The notes under the pieces are model-generated. The model was not told the DNA's origin. It ran no database searches and saw only the letters and a program-made list of their open reading frames with translations. Source: the human T2T-CHM13v2.0 reference genome, Homo sapiens. From it: DNA of 64,000 nt. The translations under genes were made by a program, and so were the position numbers. Location of the stretch: assembly GCF_009914755.1 (NCBI RefSeq), contig NC_060926.1; one strand, given 5' to 3'. Below, in pieces: positions 1 through 12,714 of the stretch; positions within the stretch are counted from its first letter, which is position 1, and each line of letters opens with the position of its first letter.

Positions 1-440
1 TTACATACAAGTTACATACTTATGGTCCAATTATATAGTCTTCTAGAATAGCCAAAACTATTTTATGGTAAAATAAATCAGACCAGTGATTGTCTTTGTG
101 GAATGCAAGAGAGGATTGGCCGGGAAGGGTGAAGTGCTATTCTATGGCTCGACAGAAGTTGGCTCACACATTTGTCAAAACTCAGCAAATACACATGTAA
201 GATTTGTACATTGTATATAAATTTTACATCAAAAGAAAATTATTGAATTATAATTAATGCTAAGCATGCGGAGGTGTTTAGAAGTGCACGAATATCTGTA
301 ATTTACTTTGAGTTGCATAACAAAGAAGATGGATTAGTGCATGGCTAGAGGGGTGGATGGATGGATAACTGGTAAAGCCAGTGTAGTTAAGATGTGAGTG
401 GTAACTGAGGGAGAGTATCTGGGTAGTCACTGTGCATGAA
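1..440 (+). mobile_element. Old L1M (L1MD/ME-type) 3' end fragment
   Basis: Degenerate L1M 3' UTR motifs (catttgtcaaaactcagcaaat...tgtatataaattttacatcaaaa); boundaries approximate. Confidence 0.55.
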
Positions 441-479
441 TTTGCTGTGGTTGTTGTAATACATTAGAGCAACAGATGG

Positions 480-820
480 TTGTGGTGGCTTAAAACAACA
501 GAAATTGATTCTCATTCTGCGGACCAGAAGTCTGCAAGGCCACATTCCTTCCAGAGGCTTTAGGGGAGCATGTTTCCTGCGTCTTCCAGCTTTTGCTGGC
601 TGCTGGCATTCCTTGACTTGTGCTCACATCACCTTTTCCTCTGTATCAAATCTCTCTCTGCCCCTTTCTTACAAGGATACTTTGTGATTGCATGTAAAGC
701 CCACTTGTATAATCCAGGTTAAGTCCCAAGCCCCATCCCAAGATCCTTAACTTAATCACGACTGCATGAACCCTTTTTCCAAATAAGGTAAGATTTATAG
801 GGATCCACAAATTAGGACCT
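480..820 (-). mobile_element. MLT1-family MaLR LTR (MLT1C/D-like)
   Basis: gtggcttaaaacaacagaaatt...aagatccttaacttaatcac...tttttccaaataaggtaa are typical MLT1 minus-strand motifs. Confidence 0.75.
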
Positions 821-2335
821 TAGTGATAAGTTTTCAGCTCATCTGGATAAATACCAAGGAGCACAGTTGCTGAATCATATGGTAAAAGTGTGTTTAATTT
901 TGTAAAAAGCTGCCAAACTATCTTCTAAAGCAGCTGTATTAGTCCATTTTCACACTGCTGTAAAGAACTGTCAGAGACTGGGTAATTTATACAGGAAAGA
1001 GGTTTAATTGACTCACAGTTCAGCATGGCTGGGGAGGCCTCAGGAAACTTACAATCATGGTGGAAAGCAAAGGGGAAGCAAAGCACTTTCTTCACAGGTG
1101 GCAGGAAGGAGAATGAACACAGGAGGAACTACCAAACACTTATAAAACCATCAGATCTTGTGAGAACTCATTATCATGAGAACAGCATGGAGGAAACCAC
1201 CCCAATGGTCCAATTATCTCCACCTGGTCTCTCCCTTGACATGTGGGAATTATGGGGATTATAATTCAAGATGAGATTTGAGTGGGGACACAAAGCCTAA
1301 CCACATTAGTAGCTATACCATTTTTTCATTCCCACCAGCATTGAATGGGAATTCCTGTTGCTCCACATCCTTGCCAGCATTTGGTGTTGTCAGTGTTTTG
1401 GATTTTGGCCATGCTATTAGGTGTGTACTGGTATCTCATTCTTTTGATTTGCAATTCCCTAATGACATATGATGTGGAACATCTTTCTATATGCTTATTT
1501 GCCATCTGTATATCTTCTTTGGTGAGGTATTTGCTCAAGACTTTTGCCTGCTTTTTAATTGAGTTGCACATTTTCTTGTTGAGTTTTAAGAGTTGTTCTT
1601 TGTATATTTTAGATAATAGTCCTTTATCAGATGTATATTTTGCAAATATTTTCTCCCAGTCTGTGGCTATTCTTTTCATTCTTAAGCATTAATCGATTTT
1701 CAAATGTTGAACCAACCTTGCCAACCTGGGATAAATCTCACTGGGTCATGGTGTACAATTCTTTTTATACATTCTTGGACTCAATTTGCTAATATTTGTT
1801 GAGAGTTTTTACGTCTATATGCATAAGAAATATTGGTCTGTAGTTTCTTTCCTTGCAACGTCTTTGGTTTTGGTATTAGAGTAATGCTGGCCTAATGCTG
1901 AAATGAGTTAGGAAGAATGAGTTAGGAAGTATTAAGTAGTATTAGAATGAGTTAGGAAGTATTCCTTCTGATTCTGTCTTCTGGAAGATATTATAGAGTA
2001 TTGGCATAATTTCTTTCTTAAATGTTTGGTAGAATTCACCAGGAAATCCATTTAAGTCTAGTGCTTTCTGTTTTGGAAGGTTATTAATTATTGCTTCAAT
2101 TTCTTTAACAGATAAAAGCCAATTTATATTGTCTGTTTCTTCTTGTGTGAGTTTTGGCAGATTGTGTCTTTCAAAAAACGGGCCCATTTCATCTGGGTTA
2201 TCAAATTTGTGGGCATAGAGTTGTTCATAGTATTCCTTTATTACCCTTTTAATATCCATGGGCTCTGTAGTGATGTATCCTCCTTTATGTCTGCTATTAG
2301 TAATTCATGTCTCCTTTCTTTTTTTTCCTTAGCAT
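821..2335 (-). mobile_element. Old L1M (L1MB/MC-type) ORF2 remnant, interrupted by a THE1 LTR
   Basis: ORFs 1326..1679 (TDWEKIFAKYTSDKGLLSKIYK...[10 protein letters not shown]) and 1942..2259 (YYEQLYAHKFDN...NLPKLTQEE) are L1 ORF2 C-terminal and Z-region peptides; a large internal deletion lies near 1690. Confidence 0.9.
935..1308 (-). mobile_element. THE1D-like solo LTR (MaLR)
   Basis: tgtattagtccattttcacactgct...ggggacacaaagcctaaccacatta; 5-bp TSD gcagc/gtagc. Confidence 0.9.
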
Positions 2336-3430
2336 ATTAATCACAGTTATTTTAAATTCCTGGTCTGAGAATTCCAACATTCCTGCCCTATTTGAGTCTA
2401 GTTCTGACGCTTTGTCTATCTCTCCAAACTATGTTTTTTGCCTTTCGGTATGCCTTGTAATTATTTTCTTGGTAGCCTAACATGACATCCTGGGTAAAAG
2501 GAACTCTGGAAGACAGGCCTTCAGTGATGTGGTGTAAGGCATGGGGAGAGAAGTGAAGGGAGCGTCCGTCCTATAGTTCTATGAGTAGGTCTTGGTCCTT
2601 TGGTAAGACTATGTCTCTGGACTGTGAACTTCACAAGTGTTTCTCAGTTTTTCTCTCCCCTCCTAGCTAGGACATAATGTGTAGAGGGGGTTGGAGCTGG
2701 GTATTTCCCTTCCTAGGTAGTTAGGCTCTGCTAAAATCCCAGCAGGTTAGGCTCTGGTAATGTAGTTTCTTCTGAGGGCAGGCCTCAGAATGCCCCAGTG
2801 TAGTTTAAACTGGTTCCTTTTTCTCTCCCCCTGCCAGAAGCATGAGGAGATTCTCCCCTGATTTCATTGTGAGAACCTGGTGGAGCTCCTGGAGGTAAAA
2901 TTCACAAAAGAGGCCAGGGCCCCCTGTGATTGGGCCTGCCTGGAGTTTTTAACTCTCAAACTTGCGCACCCTGAGCCTCTGGCAATTTGTCATTTACAGC
3001 CCAGGGTTTCGACGCAGTCCTGATTCCTGCAGATGTGTCTGCTCTGGTGGGCTGGGATTCTCTGTGTCCACCTGTTTTTTATTTTTTCTTTCTTTCTCAT
3101 AGTTCAATTTTTTTTTATTATACTTTAAGTTCTGGGATACATGTGCAGAACGTGCAGGTTTGTTACATAGGTATAGATGTGCCATGGTGGTTTGCTGCAC
3201 CCATCAACCCATCATCTACATTAGGTATTTCTCCTAATGCTATCCCTCCCCTAGCCCCCAACCCCCCAACCTTTTTTTATCTTCAGTTTGGAAAGCAGCA
3301 GTTTGCCCGGCGACCTCATTTCTCTGGTAGACCCAAGAATAGTTGTTAATTTTTCAGTTCATTAAGCTTTTCACTTGTTAGGATAAAGGGATGACTTCTA
3401 AGCTCCTTACATGAGGAAAAGGAAACCTGA
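2336..3430 (-). mobile_element. Old L1M 5'-end segment (L1MC/L1M4-type)
   Basis: ttttaaattcctggtctgagaattccaacattcctgcc...ctgggtaaaaggaactc resembles L1M 5' region consensus; contiguous with the ORF2 remnant. Confidence 0.55.
3083..3268 (-). mobile_element. Heavily 5'-truncated L1PA7-like 3' end
   Basis: ttattatactttaagttctgggatacatgtgcagaacgtgcagg...ctcctaatgctatccctcccctagcccc; imperfect TSD acct(g)ttttttat on both sides. Confidence 0.9.
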
Positions 3431-4989
3431 ATTCTGACACTATTTTAAAATTTAAAATAGTGAATAGAAACCAGTAACCATGGAAACCACTTTCCCCCAA
3501 ATAGATGGACTTGACCAAAAAATCATCATACAAAATTTATTTTTCTATGATGAGAATGTTATTTCTATAAAAAACTTGTTATTTAAATATTAAATTTTGA
3601 GGGAGGATCCTACCTTTGACCCACTACTTACACTTTTATGTATGATGCTAAGCCCAGAGCGGGGCCGGGACCTGGCTCTCCCCTCACCCTTGAGACCGTG
3701 CTCCTTTCTGAGAGGGAGAATAAAATTCATGTAAAGGGAGATAAACTTCATGAACAAAGATGTCCACAGTGGTCAGTCTTCAAGAATAGTCTGGAAACAC
3801 CGTATGTGCTCTGATGTTAGAACAGAATGAGGGCAGCCGACGTGAAACCTAGGTTTAAAAAGAGTCTGAGAGCAACATGGAAAGGCAAGACCTGAGCTTG
3901 TAAATTCAGTGTTTCAAAGTTTCATAGATTCCAAATTTTCCATAATATAAATATTTGTTACATTTATATTTAGAAAACCTGTTATAAAATGTCACTGAGT
4001 GAAGGCCCCCTAATCTTTTTGCCCTGCTCACCCCTCTAGTGGTAGCCAGGCCCCTGCCCTAGAGCTGAACCTCGGTGAGGCTGAACTTTCCTGCATTGTG
4101 TTGGCTCCCAGCTGAGCCACATGTAGTTGGTAGCTGATTTTTCGGTCAAGTTGGTCTATTTGGGGGAAAGCGGTTTCCGTAGTTGCTGGGTCTACCCTCC
4201 AGGTTCCCTTGTTCAGCTCAGCAAAGTTCCTCATTTCCTGCCACTGCACTGTCAGCCCGGCTGTCCTCTGCCCCATGGCATTTACATTCTTCCAACCAGA
4301 AACTACAAACAGCAACAGCAAGAAGCTGCTTTGCACAATGACTGAAAAGCCACGAGGGTCTCCCCGCCAAGACGAGCAGGCTGGTGGGGCCAGCCCTGGA
4401 GTGGTCAGGCGGCAGGGCCAGCGCGGGGTGTCCAGGTGGAAGTGCGGCAGCCTCTGGGAGATGGGAGCTGCTGGGGGTGCGCTGGGGCGGATGACCACAC
4501 CACGAGGCTCTGTGCACTGGCAGGCCCAGTCCCAGTCACATGCGGGTCCAAGACACTCCACGGCAGCATTCCTGCTTTGACAACACGTTTCCCACTTGGA
4601 GTGAAATCAGTCCGTGAAAATCTCTGCCTGGGACTGCCTGCTCTCTGCCCAAGTGCAGCAGCCGCAGAACAAGCCCGATTCTCCGAGCCCCGTGAGCCGT
4701 CCATGTGAATCCTTTCGAACATGAAAAGGAGGCGCGCTGGCCTCTGGCTTGTGTCTTGAGCCTTTGAATGAGCAATTCCCCTGCCAAGAACGTGTTCTGA
4801 ATGGCTGTTTTGTGTGGTGGGGGATAGTTCTTTGCAGATTCAGAATCTAGATGACTACTAACGAGCGTGAAGCGCCTGGTGGTTTTGGAAGTAAGCCTTC
4901 CCAGACTTCAGGACCCATGTGAGTCCCCCGACTACAAAGAGCATATTTTAGCTGCTGAGTGAGGGAGCAGCCAGTGGAATCCCATGGCC

Positions 4990-5180
4990 GTGTGTTAGTC
5001 TGGGCTTCCCTGAAAACAGGGAAGGAAGACTTGGATGCAAGTGGTTTAGTTGGGAGGAGACACCAGGTGAGGCTTGTGACCTGGGAGAGAGAGCAGGGAG
5101 GAGAGCTGAGTGGGAGGTCAGTGAGCAGAGTCCTGGTGTGGTCATTGGGACTCAGCCCCAGGATCCTCTGAGAAACTGTT
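4990..5180. mobile_element. LTR16-like (ERVL) fragment
   Basis: ttagtctgggcttccc...gcaagtggtttagttgggagg...gggactcagccccaggatcctctgagaaactg resembles LTR16 consensus. Confidence 0.45.
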
Positions 5181-6014
5181 GTTCCCCCAGGGGACTCTAA
5201 AGCAGGCTGCATGCTTCATTGGCTCTGGCGTTAAGTCCCTGGTACTTCTGGGCTGCCCTACGGAGGGCTAAGCAGTTCCTTTGGCCAGAGAAAGCCCCCA
5301 GGCAGGGAGCAGAGAATGCAATACGTAGCATTCCAACTGGTTCCTGGATGCAAACTCGATCCCCCATTGCATCAAGCTGGTGTGCCACAGAGCACCTGCC
5401 ACGTGTCGGGCAGGGTCCCAGGGACCAGGAATGTCAGGGAGCAGGAGACCAAGCAAGCATGTTTCTTGGCGCTTCCATCCAGAATATAGTAAATATGAAA
5501 ATCTCATAGTATACAACATGGTAATGAGAGCTACAGAAAAAAGGAAGAGCGAGGGTGGGTGAGGCAGGGGTACTGTGGGGGAGGGGGGACCAAGGGGACA
5601 CTGAGAAGTGGACATTTGAGCCAAGACTTGAAGGTTCCATTTGAGGGCCATTTGGGCAGTGGCTGTTGGCCACGAGAACCATCACCAATGTGGCATCTCC
5701 TGGGCTGTGCAGGGTCACCTGGTGCCATCGCAGGACCTTCTGGTCACATCAGAGCTTCCTGCTGCAAGTGGGGCCGGGAGCCTGGGCCTCTGATGCCCAC
5801 ATGTACCCATCCAGGACTTGGCCCACCCACTGAGCAAACCCAGGCATCTCTTCCTGGTTTCAACGAGTCATGCACCCACCTCGAAGACTCCTCCCTCTTT
5901 TGTCCTCTCGCGGAGCCCAGTCACAAGAGAGTTCAAAGAAATCGGCAGGTCAGTCAGTGGGTGGGCAGGTAGAGACTCTCAAGATTAATCAGAGAAATCG
6001 CCCACTGAATGGGT

Positions 6015-6526
6015 GCTCTTAGGTCTGTGCCAAGGGCTTCTGTAACAAACTGCCCTGACCTGGGGTCTTAAACAACAGAAATGCATTTCCTCACAGTCCT
6101 GGAGACCAGCCAGTCCAAAGCCAAGGTGTCCACAGGGCCACACTCTTCCCACAGCCTCTAGGAGAGAACTGGTTCCTTGCTTCTCATCCAGTTTCTGGAG
6201 ATGCTGCCACCCTTGTGGTCCTAGGCTTGGCGACATGTCCACCCTCGTGGTCCTAGGCTTGGTGACGTGTCCACCCTCATGGTCCTAGGCTTAGGTATGT
6301 GTTGCTCCACCCTGCGCCTCTGTCTTCACGTCACCTTCCCTTCTCTGCATCTGTCTCCTTCTCTTTATGAAGCCTCCTGTCATTGGATTTAGAGCCCACC
6401 CTAATCCAGGAAGATCTCATCTCAAGATTCTTAATTGCATCTGCAAAGACCCTTTTTCCGAACAAGATCCCGTTCACAGGCTCTGGGCGGGCATATCTTT
6501 TAGAGGCCACCATTCAACCCACTACA
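6015..6526 (-). mobile_element. MLT1B/C-like solo LTR
   Basis: cttaaacaacagaaatgcatttcctcacag...cattggatttagagcccaccctaatcc...attcaacccactaca. Confidence 0.85.
6207..6292. repeat. 32-bp tandem repeat, about 2.7 copies, inside the MLT1 LTR
   Basis: Unit ccaccct(t/c)(g/a)tggtcctaggcttgg(c/t)gac(a/g)tgt starting at 6207, 6239 and 6271. Confidence 0.95.
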
Positions 6527-9077
6527 GCCTGCATGGGAGACTGAGAAATGACAGGCTTTTGGGGACAATTTACACTTTTAAGCCACATATTATAGTACCA
6601 GCTTTCCTGCCGCAGGTGGGGCTGGGAGTCTGGGTCTCTCATGCCCACATGGGGCCCAGCCAGAACTTGGCCTACTGAACAAACTACAAAAATCTCTCTT
6701 CTTGTTTCAATGGATAATGCACCTCCCTTGAAGATCCATCCTTTATTTGTCCTTCAGTGGCACCCCATGGCAATTGTTCTGAAGTATTTACTGACAAAAT
6801 ATCCCTGCCTGTTGGTTCATCTTCCAGCTTGTCTCCATAAGTGACAATGATTTGGGTGAGCCAGGGTGGATTTCTGCAGGCTCCTGGACTCAAGCCTTCC
6901 TGAACTCATCCCCTCACTCTCTCTCCCAATCTCAGCCTGTGCATTTAGGTCCTGCCCTGGAATATGGTAAGATGGAAGACTTTCATAATTTCTGATGCAC
7001 TGCACTGAATCTGGGATTTGTAGCCTATACTAGCATCCTTTCTTTAATTTAAACGATTAGCGTTTCAAAATGTAACCAGGAACTGGGCACCACGAGATAA
7101 CCCCTGACTATGACTACTCAGCCCCTTGGAGTTTCCCTTAAGGGGGGAATGGGGTGTAGCAGCAGAGCCCTGGGATTGGAGGCCTCTCCTGGTCAAGTGT
7201 AGTGAGGGTCAGAGGTCATGTGCCAGGTGTGCACTATGGAGGGACAGAGGCATCAAGAGGCATTCATGTCCCCATCCTTTGGTCGTGGGGGCGGGGGGGG
7301 GTGGTGGTGTCCTGCCCCAGGGTCCTTTTGTGTAGGGACAAGGCATGTAGCTGTCACACAACGGTAACAGAAGAGTGGATGACTGGCCAGGCTACCCCCA
7401 GGCAGCCACTGTCTGAAGTTTTCTATCCTAGAGCTTTGAAAACCCAAATTCCTCATGCCAAGCTCAGCTTCAGTGATTTAGGAGGCAGAAGGCAGTCTGT
7501 ACCCCAGTCTGCATATGTGCTGTTTAGGGCTCATTTAGGACCCCCAGGAAGTGCTTCTTCAGTGAGAGGATTCTAAATAGCTCTTACGTTGGTAAAACTT
7601 TTACAGTAAATACTGTCATTAGCATCCTAAGAATAGTCTACTGTCTGGAGTAAAAGTCCCCAAACCAACAGCCCACATGCCAGTACTGACTTTTGGCCAG
7701 GGGCCATGTAGGTTTTAGTTCTGCAGACCCTTCTCAGGGCCACCACAGGGAGGGCAGGCTGGCTTCCCACACCTGGCAGCTTCACCTGGAGGATAGGGTG
7801 CCAAGTCCCCACCCATAGGCCTATGCTGTCCAGCAGGGACGCCTCTTCCTAACCCGTTCACAGGCCGTTTTGCCTGGCAGTGGGCGCTGCCAAGCTCTAC
7901 CTCTATACTCCCCCCTTACTGGAAGCACAGGGCAATCGGGGAAGCCCTCTAAGATCCAGCAGGTGACCCTGGGCCCTGTTTTGGGGTCTGGGCTGGGCTG
8001 GACTACAGGGTCACCAAGGAAACCAGGAGCAGCCCTTGCCTCAGCTCAGCTTTGTCCTGAAGAAGGGCCTGCCCTAGCACCTGGGGGAGGTGGCAGCTGC
8101 ATCATCCCAGAGGGGAGGGCAGGAGTGGGTGACCCTGAGCTCCCTGGGGGGCTGGGAGAGGACTGGAATAAGCAGTTCTGGATGGAGACCCGCCAGGCCC
8201 GCTCACTGTGTCAGCTGAATTTGCAGGTAGATGGACACCTCTGTGTGGCCAGAGGCCCTGACCGCTGAGCCTGGCCCAGGTCCTCACAGATGCTCCGTTT
8301 GAGCACGGGGGTATAGAGCGGGGAGGCTTGTTTTGCAGACTGGACCAGGCAAGGAGGCAAAGGTTGGCTTCTGCAGGGCTCAGTGGCTGGCTCAGACCCC
8401 GAGGAATCTGCTGGTTTGTCACTGGGCCCTGCACTACACTACCCAACCCCCGGGGTGTCAGAGGCAGGCTGGGGGTCTGTGTGCTGATCCACTTCTAGTG
8501 GTCTACACCAGTGTTCCAACTGCTTCTTCTTCTCCTGCTTGTGAGATGGGCAGTTGATATCGTGAGGTCAAGAAGCAGGACCGCTAGCCCCAGTGGCGGC
8601 ATTGGTGATGGCAGGGGCAGGGATTTTTAACTTCTGTGCACCTGGGTTTTCTCATCTGTAAAAAATAGAGATGACAATTTCTGCTTTACCCACTGTATCT
8701 ATGTCAAACATGCAATAAAACTGTGTGTTAATGTGTTATAGAAATGAGGAGGTGCTATGAAAGCGCACTCTAGTTAGAGACCAAGCCTGGATGGAACTCA
8801 GGCTTTTCAACGGTGAAATGGGAAAAGTCTTTTTGTTATTTAATTCTTTGATGATGGAATAGGATAATTTGTGTGATGGCAGCTAATATATTGAAGGTGC
8901 TTCTGCAATATCAATATAATAATAATTTTAAAAAGTGTTGCATCTCCAAGATAATGTTTTGGCTTGTAAAATTTTGACTATTATATACGTATAAGAAAAA
9001 AGCACAAAATAGAGATTTAAGCAAAAATGAAATATTGTATTATTCACAGATAATCTATAATTAATGTTTTGTTGTAG

Positions 9078-9517
<440 letters not shown>

Positions 9518-9646
9518 TAATTCTTTCTTATTGCATATTTAGGTTGTTAAAAATTTTTTTTAAATAATAATATGGATAAGGACCTGCTTGTAGCTAGGAC
9601 TCTGTAATTGAAAATCAATCAGGTAAAATAATAAACTAGAAGTAGA

Positions 9647-9861
9647 GCAGCCCAGACATGATGGCGAAACCCCATTTCTCCAAAAAATACAAAAAGGTTA
9701 GCTGAGCGTGGTGGTGTGTGCCCGTGGTCTTAGCTGGTCGGGAGGCTGAGGTGGGAGGATTGCTGGAGTTCAGGAGGTTAAGGTTGAAGTGAGCTGATAT
9801 GGTGCCACTACACTCCCGCCTGGGCAACAAAGCCAGACCTTGTCTCAAAAAAAAAAAAAAA
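9647..9861 (+). mobile_element. 5'-truncated AluJ
   Basis: gaggtgggaggattgct J diagnostic, poly(A), TSD agaagtaga at 9638-9646 and 9861-9869. Confidence 0.9.
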
Positions 9862-9899
9862 GAAGTAGAAACGTTAGGTCAAATGATGTGCATTTTTTC

Positions 9900-10665
9900 C
9901 GGTTGTGATAAAATACACATAACAAAAATTTACCATCTTAACCATTTTCAAGTGCACAGGTCAGTGGCATTAACTATGAATACAGTCACATTGTTGCACT
10001 ACCCTTATCACACTCCACCATTCCTCCACAGAGGAGAACTGGCTTGCTTCTAGAATGCTCATCAAATGCCTGGCACTTTGCCAGGGTTTCACATCTCTTT
10101 GCATTTTGGACAGCAGAGATTCTGTCCCCATTAAACACTAACTTCCCATTCCCTCTCCCCCACAGCCTCTGGCAACCACCATCCTAATTTTTGTCTCTAT
10201 AGATTTGACTCTTCTAGATATCTCATATAAGTGGAATCATATAGTATTTATTTTTCTGTGACTTACTTCACTTGGCATAATTTCTTCAAGTTTAATCATG
10301 TTGTAGCATGGGTCAGAATTCTCCTCCTTTTTAAGGCTGCATACTATTCCACTTGGGTGGCGTCTACCTTTTGGCTGTTGTGAATAGTGCTACTATGACC
10401 ATGGATGTACAAATATCTCCTCGAGACCCTGCTTTCTATTGTTTTCGTACATATCCAGAAGTGAAATTGCTGCATCATCTGGTAACTGTACGTTTAATTT
10501 TTTGAGGGACTGCCATACTGTTTTCCACAGCAGCAGGACCATTTCGCATTCCCACCAACAGTGCACGAGGGCTCCAGTTTCTCCCCATCATTGCCACCAC
10601 TTGTTATTTTCTGTTGGGTTTTTTTTTTTTTTGATAGTAGTCATCTTAATGACTGTGAAGTGGGA
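9900..10665 (-). mobile_element. L1MB (L1MB3-like) 3' end
   Basis: aaaatacacataacaaaaatttaccatcttaaccatttt...gagaccctgctttc...cattcccaccaacagtgcac. Confidence 0.85.
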
Positions 10666-11215
10666 TGTACATATTTTTAAGGCTTTGAAATCAATTGCTG
10701 AACTGTACAGTAGAAAGGTAATACTTGGCACTTTTACCAACAATGGATAGAGCACTATTTCCACCGTCCCTATGAACGCAGAGTACCCCTGCCAGTTTTT
10801 TGATGAGTATTTGAAAGAGGAAGCGTGCACGTGGTGTGGTAAACCCAGAGGACTGTGCCTACCTGCCCAAGAGGAAGACCTGGGTTTTCTCTGGCTGAGA
10901 CCACCAGCTGACTGGCCCTCTCAAGTTTTAAAATCCTGCGTTTAGATCAACTCTGAAGCTCAGCTTCACGCATTACCTGATGTGGCCGATATAAAAAGAG
11001 AAGAATATCAGATATAAAGAAACCGTATATTTACATACAATTAGAAGCAAATATTTAATGCAAGCAAATGTTTTATAGGAGGTGAGAGAAACTCCTGTAA
11101 GGACCAGAAAAATAAGCTGAGCACTCCCAGGAAACAAACCTGTGTCTCAAAATTTGGTGTTAGCCTTTGATGGGAAAGAAAATGAATCAGTTTCTACTTT
11201 TCCTTTGTTTCATTT

Positions 11216-11512
11216 CTATTTTTTTTTTTTGAGATGGAGTCTCACTCTGTCACCCAGGCTGGAGTGCAGTGGTGTGATCTTGGCTCACTGCAATTTCTGC
11301 TTCCCAGGTTCAAGTGATTCTCCAACCTCAGACTCCTGAGTAGCTGGGATTACAGGCATGCGCCACCATGCGTAGCTAATTTTTGTATTTTTAATAAAGA
11401 TGAGGTTTCGCCGTGTTGGCCAGGTTGGTCTCAAACTCCTGACCTCAGGTAATCAATCCGCCTCATCCTCCCAAAGTGCTGGGATTACAGGCGTGAGCCA
11501 CCACGCCCGGCC
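11216..11512 (-). mobile_element. AluS (Sx/Sz-like)
   Basis: Full Alu dimer; TSD ctttgtttcattt on both sides. Confidence 0.95.
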
Positions 11513-11799
11513 CTTTGTTTCATTTTTGAATTTGAATTATGATTGTAGGGCTCTGATTCCCCAAACCTTCACAACTTAAAACCAAGTGCCCATCTCACGT
11601 ACCCCTCCTCCCCCAGCAGCCGGGGCCTCCCTCCCTCCTGGCCACACTCTGTGGCACGACCCTCTGAGCGTGGTCTTCCCTGTTAGTGGGGCAAGCCCTG
11701 GAGGCAGGGTCTGTGTCTTGCTCTCCAGGAATGGCCTGAATCTCCTCAAGTCCTAGCCCAAAACGTGATTCACAATCTTGGCTTAAGGTAATCCTAATG

Positions 11800-12025
11800 C
11801 TTCTAGAATGTTCTTCAAATGCCTGGCACTTTCCCACCTAAATTATCCCATTCCATCCTTTCAGCCAGCTTATCAGGTGAGCACTACTATTCCTCCTATT
11901 TTATAGATGAGGACGCTGAAGCGCAGAGAGGATAAGAAACTTGCTCAGTGACACACAGCTGGTGAGGGGGATCTGGGTTTGAATTCACACCTTCGGGCTC
12001 TAGTGTCAGTGTTCTGAACGTACAC
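11800..12025 (-). mobile_element. MIR
   Basis: cctattttatagatgaggacgctgaagcgcagagaggataagaaacttgctcagtgacacacagct MIR core. Confidence 0.8.
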
Positions 12026-12487
12026 CCAGCAGTGCCTCTGACATGATGAACGGATGAGACGTTCAGTGAGGAGGGAGAGCAGGCACCAAAAGCCTGTATC
12101 GGCTATAACCAAGTAAGAGCAGCCTTGCTAAGTAGCAGTCGGTCTAGAAATCAGTTCTATTCGAAGACTCCTAATTGGGCTTTTCTGGGTGATGATAACC
12201 TTCTTGGTAAAACTGAACCCCAAGTTCTTTGGCCTGGTTGCCATTCCCTGGCTAGCACCACGTATTTACACCTTTGTGCCTTTTCACATGCCTCGGCTTC
12301 TCCTTGGAAATCCTGTTCATATCACCCTTTTCTTCTGCAACTGAAACTTGCTATTTGTCATTCTGGGCTTAGCTCTGATTTCACCAGTTCTGTGGCTCCA
12401 TTCTTAGCCATCGCATCCCTTCTCCTCTCCTTGGTCTCTCAGTCACGTCTCCTACCTCAGTTGAAATTCTTCCCACTAGTCTTGAGC

Positions 12488-12714
12488 GTAAATTAGTTCA
12501 ACCATTGTGAAAGACAGTGGGGCAATTCCTCAAGGATCTAGAACCAGAAATACCATTTGACCCAGCAATCCCATTACTGGGTATATACCCAAAGGATTTC
12601 CGATAAATCATTCTACTATAAAGACACATGCACACCTATGTTTATTGCAGCACTATTTACAATAGCAAAGACTTGGAACCAACCCAAATGCCCATCAGTG
12701 ATAGACTGGATAAA
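12488..12714 (+). mobile_element. Internal L1PA (PA6-8-like) ORF2 3' fragment without 3' UTR or poly(A)
   Basis: gtaaattagttcaaccattgtg...ccatttgacccagcaatcccattactgggtatatacccaaagg...gactggataaag. Confidence 0.9.

Noticed and set aside
4028-4787. Cluster of 100-177-aa ORFs
   Set aside because: No recognisable protein family or convincing exon structure.
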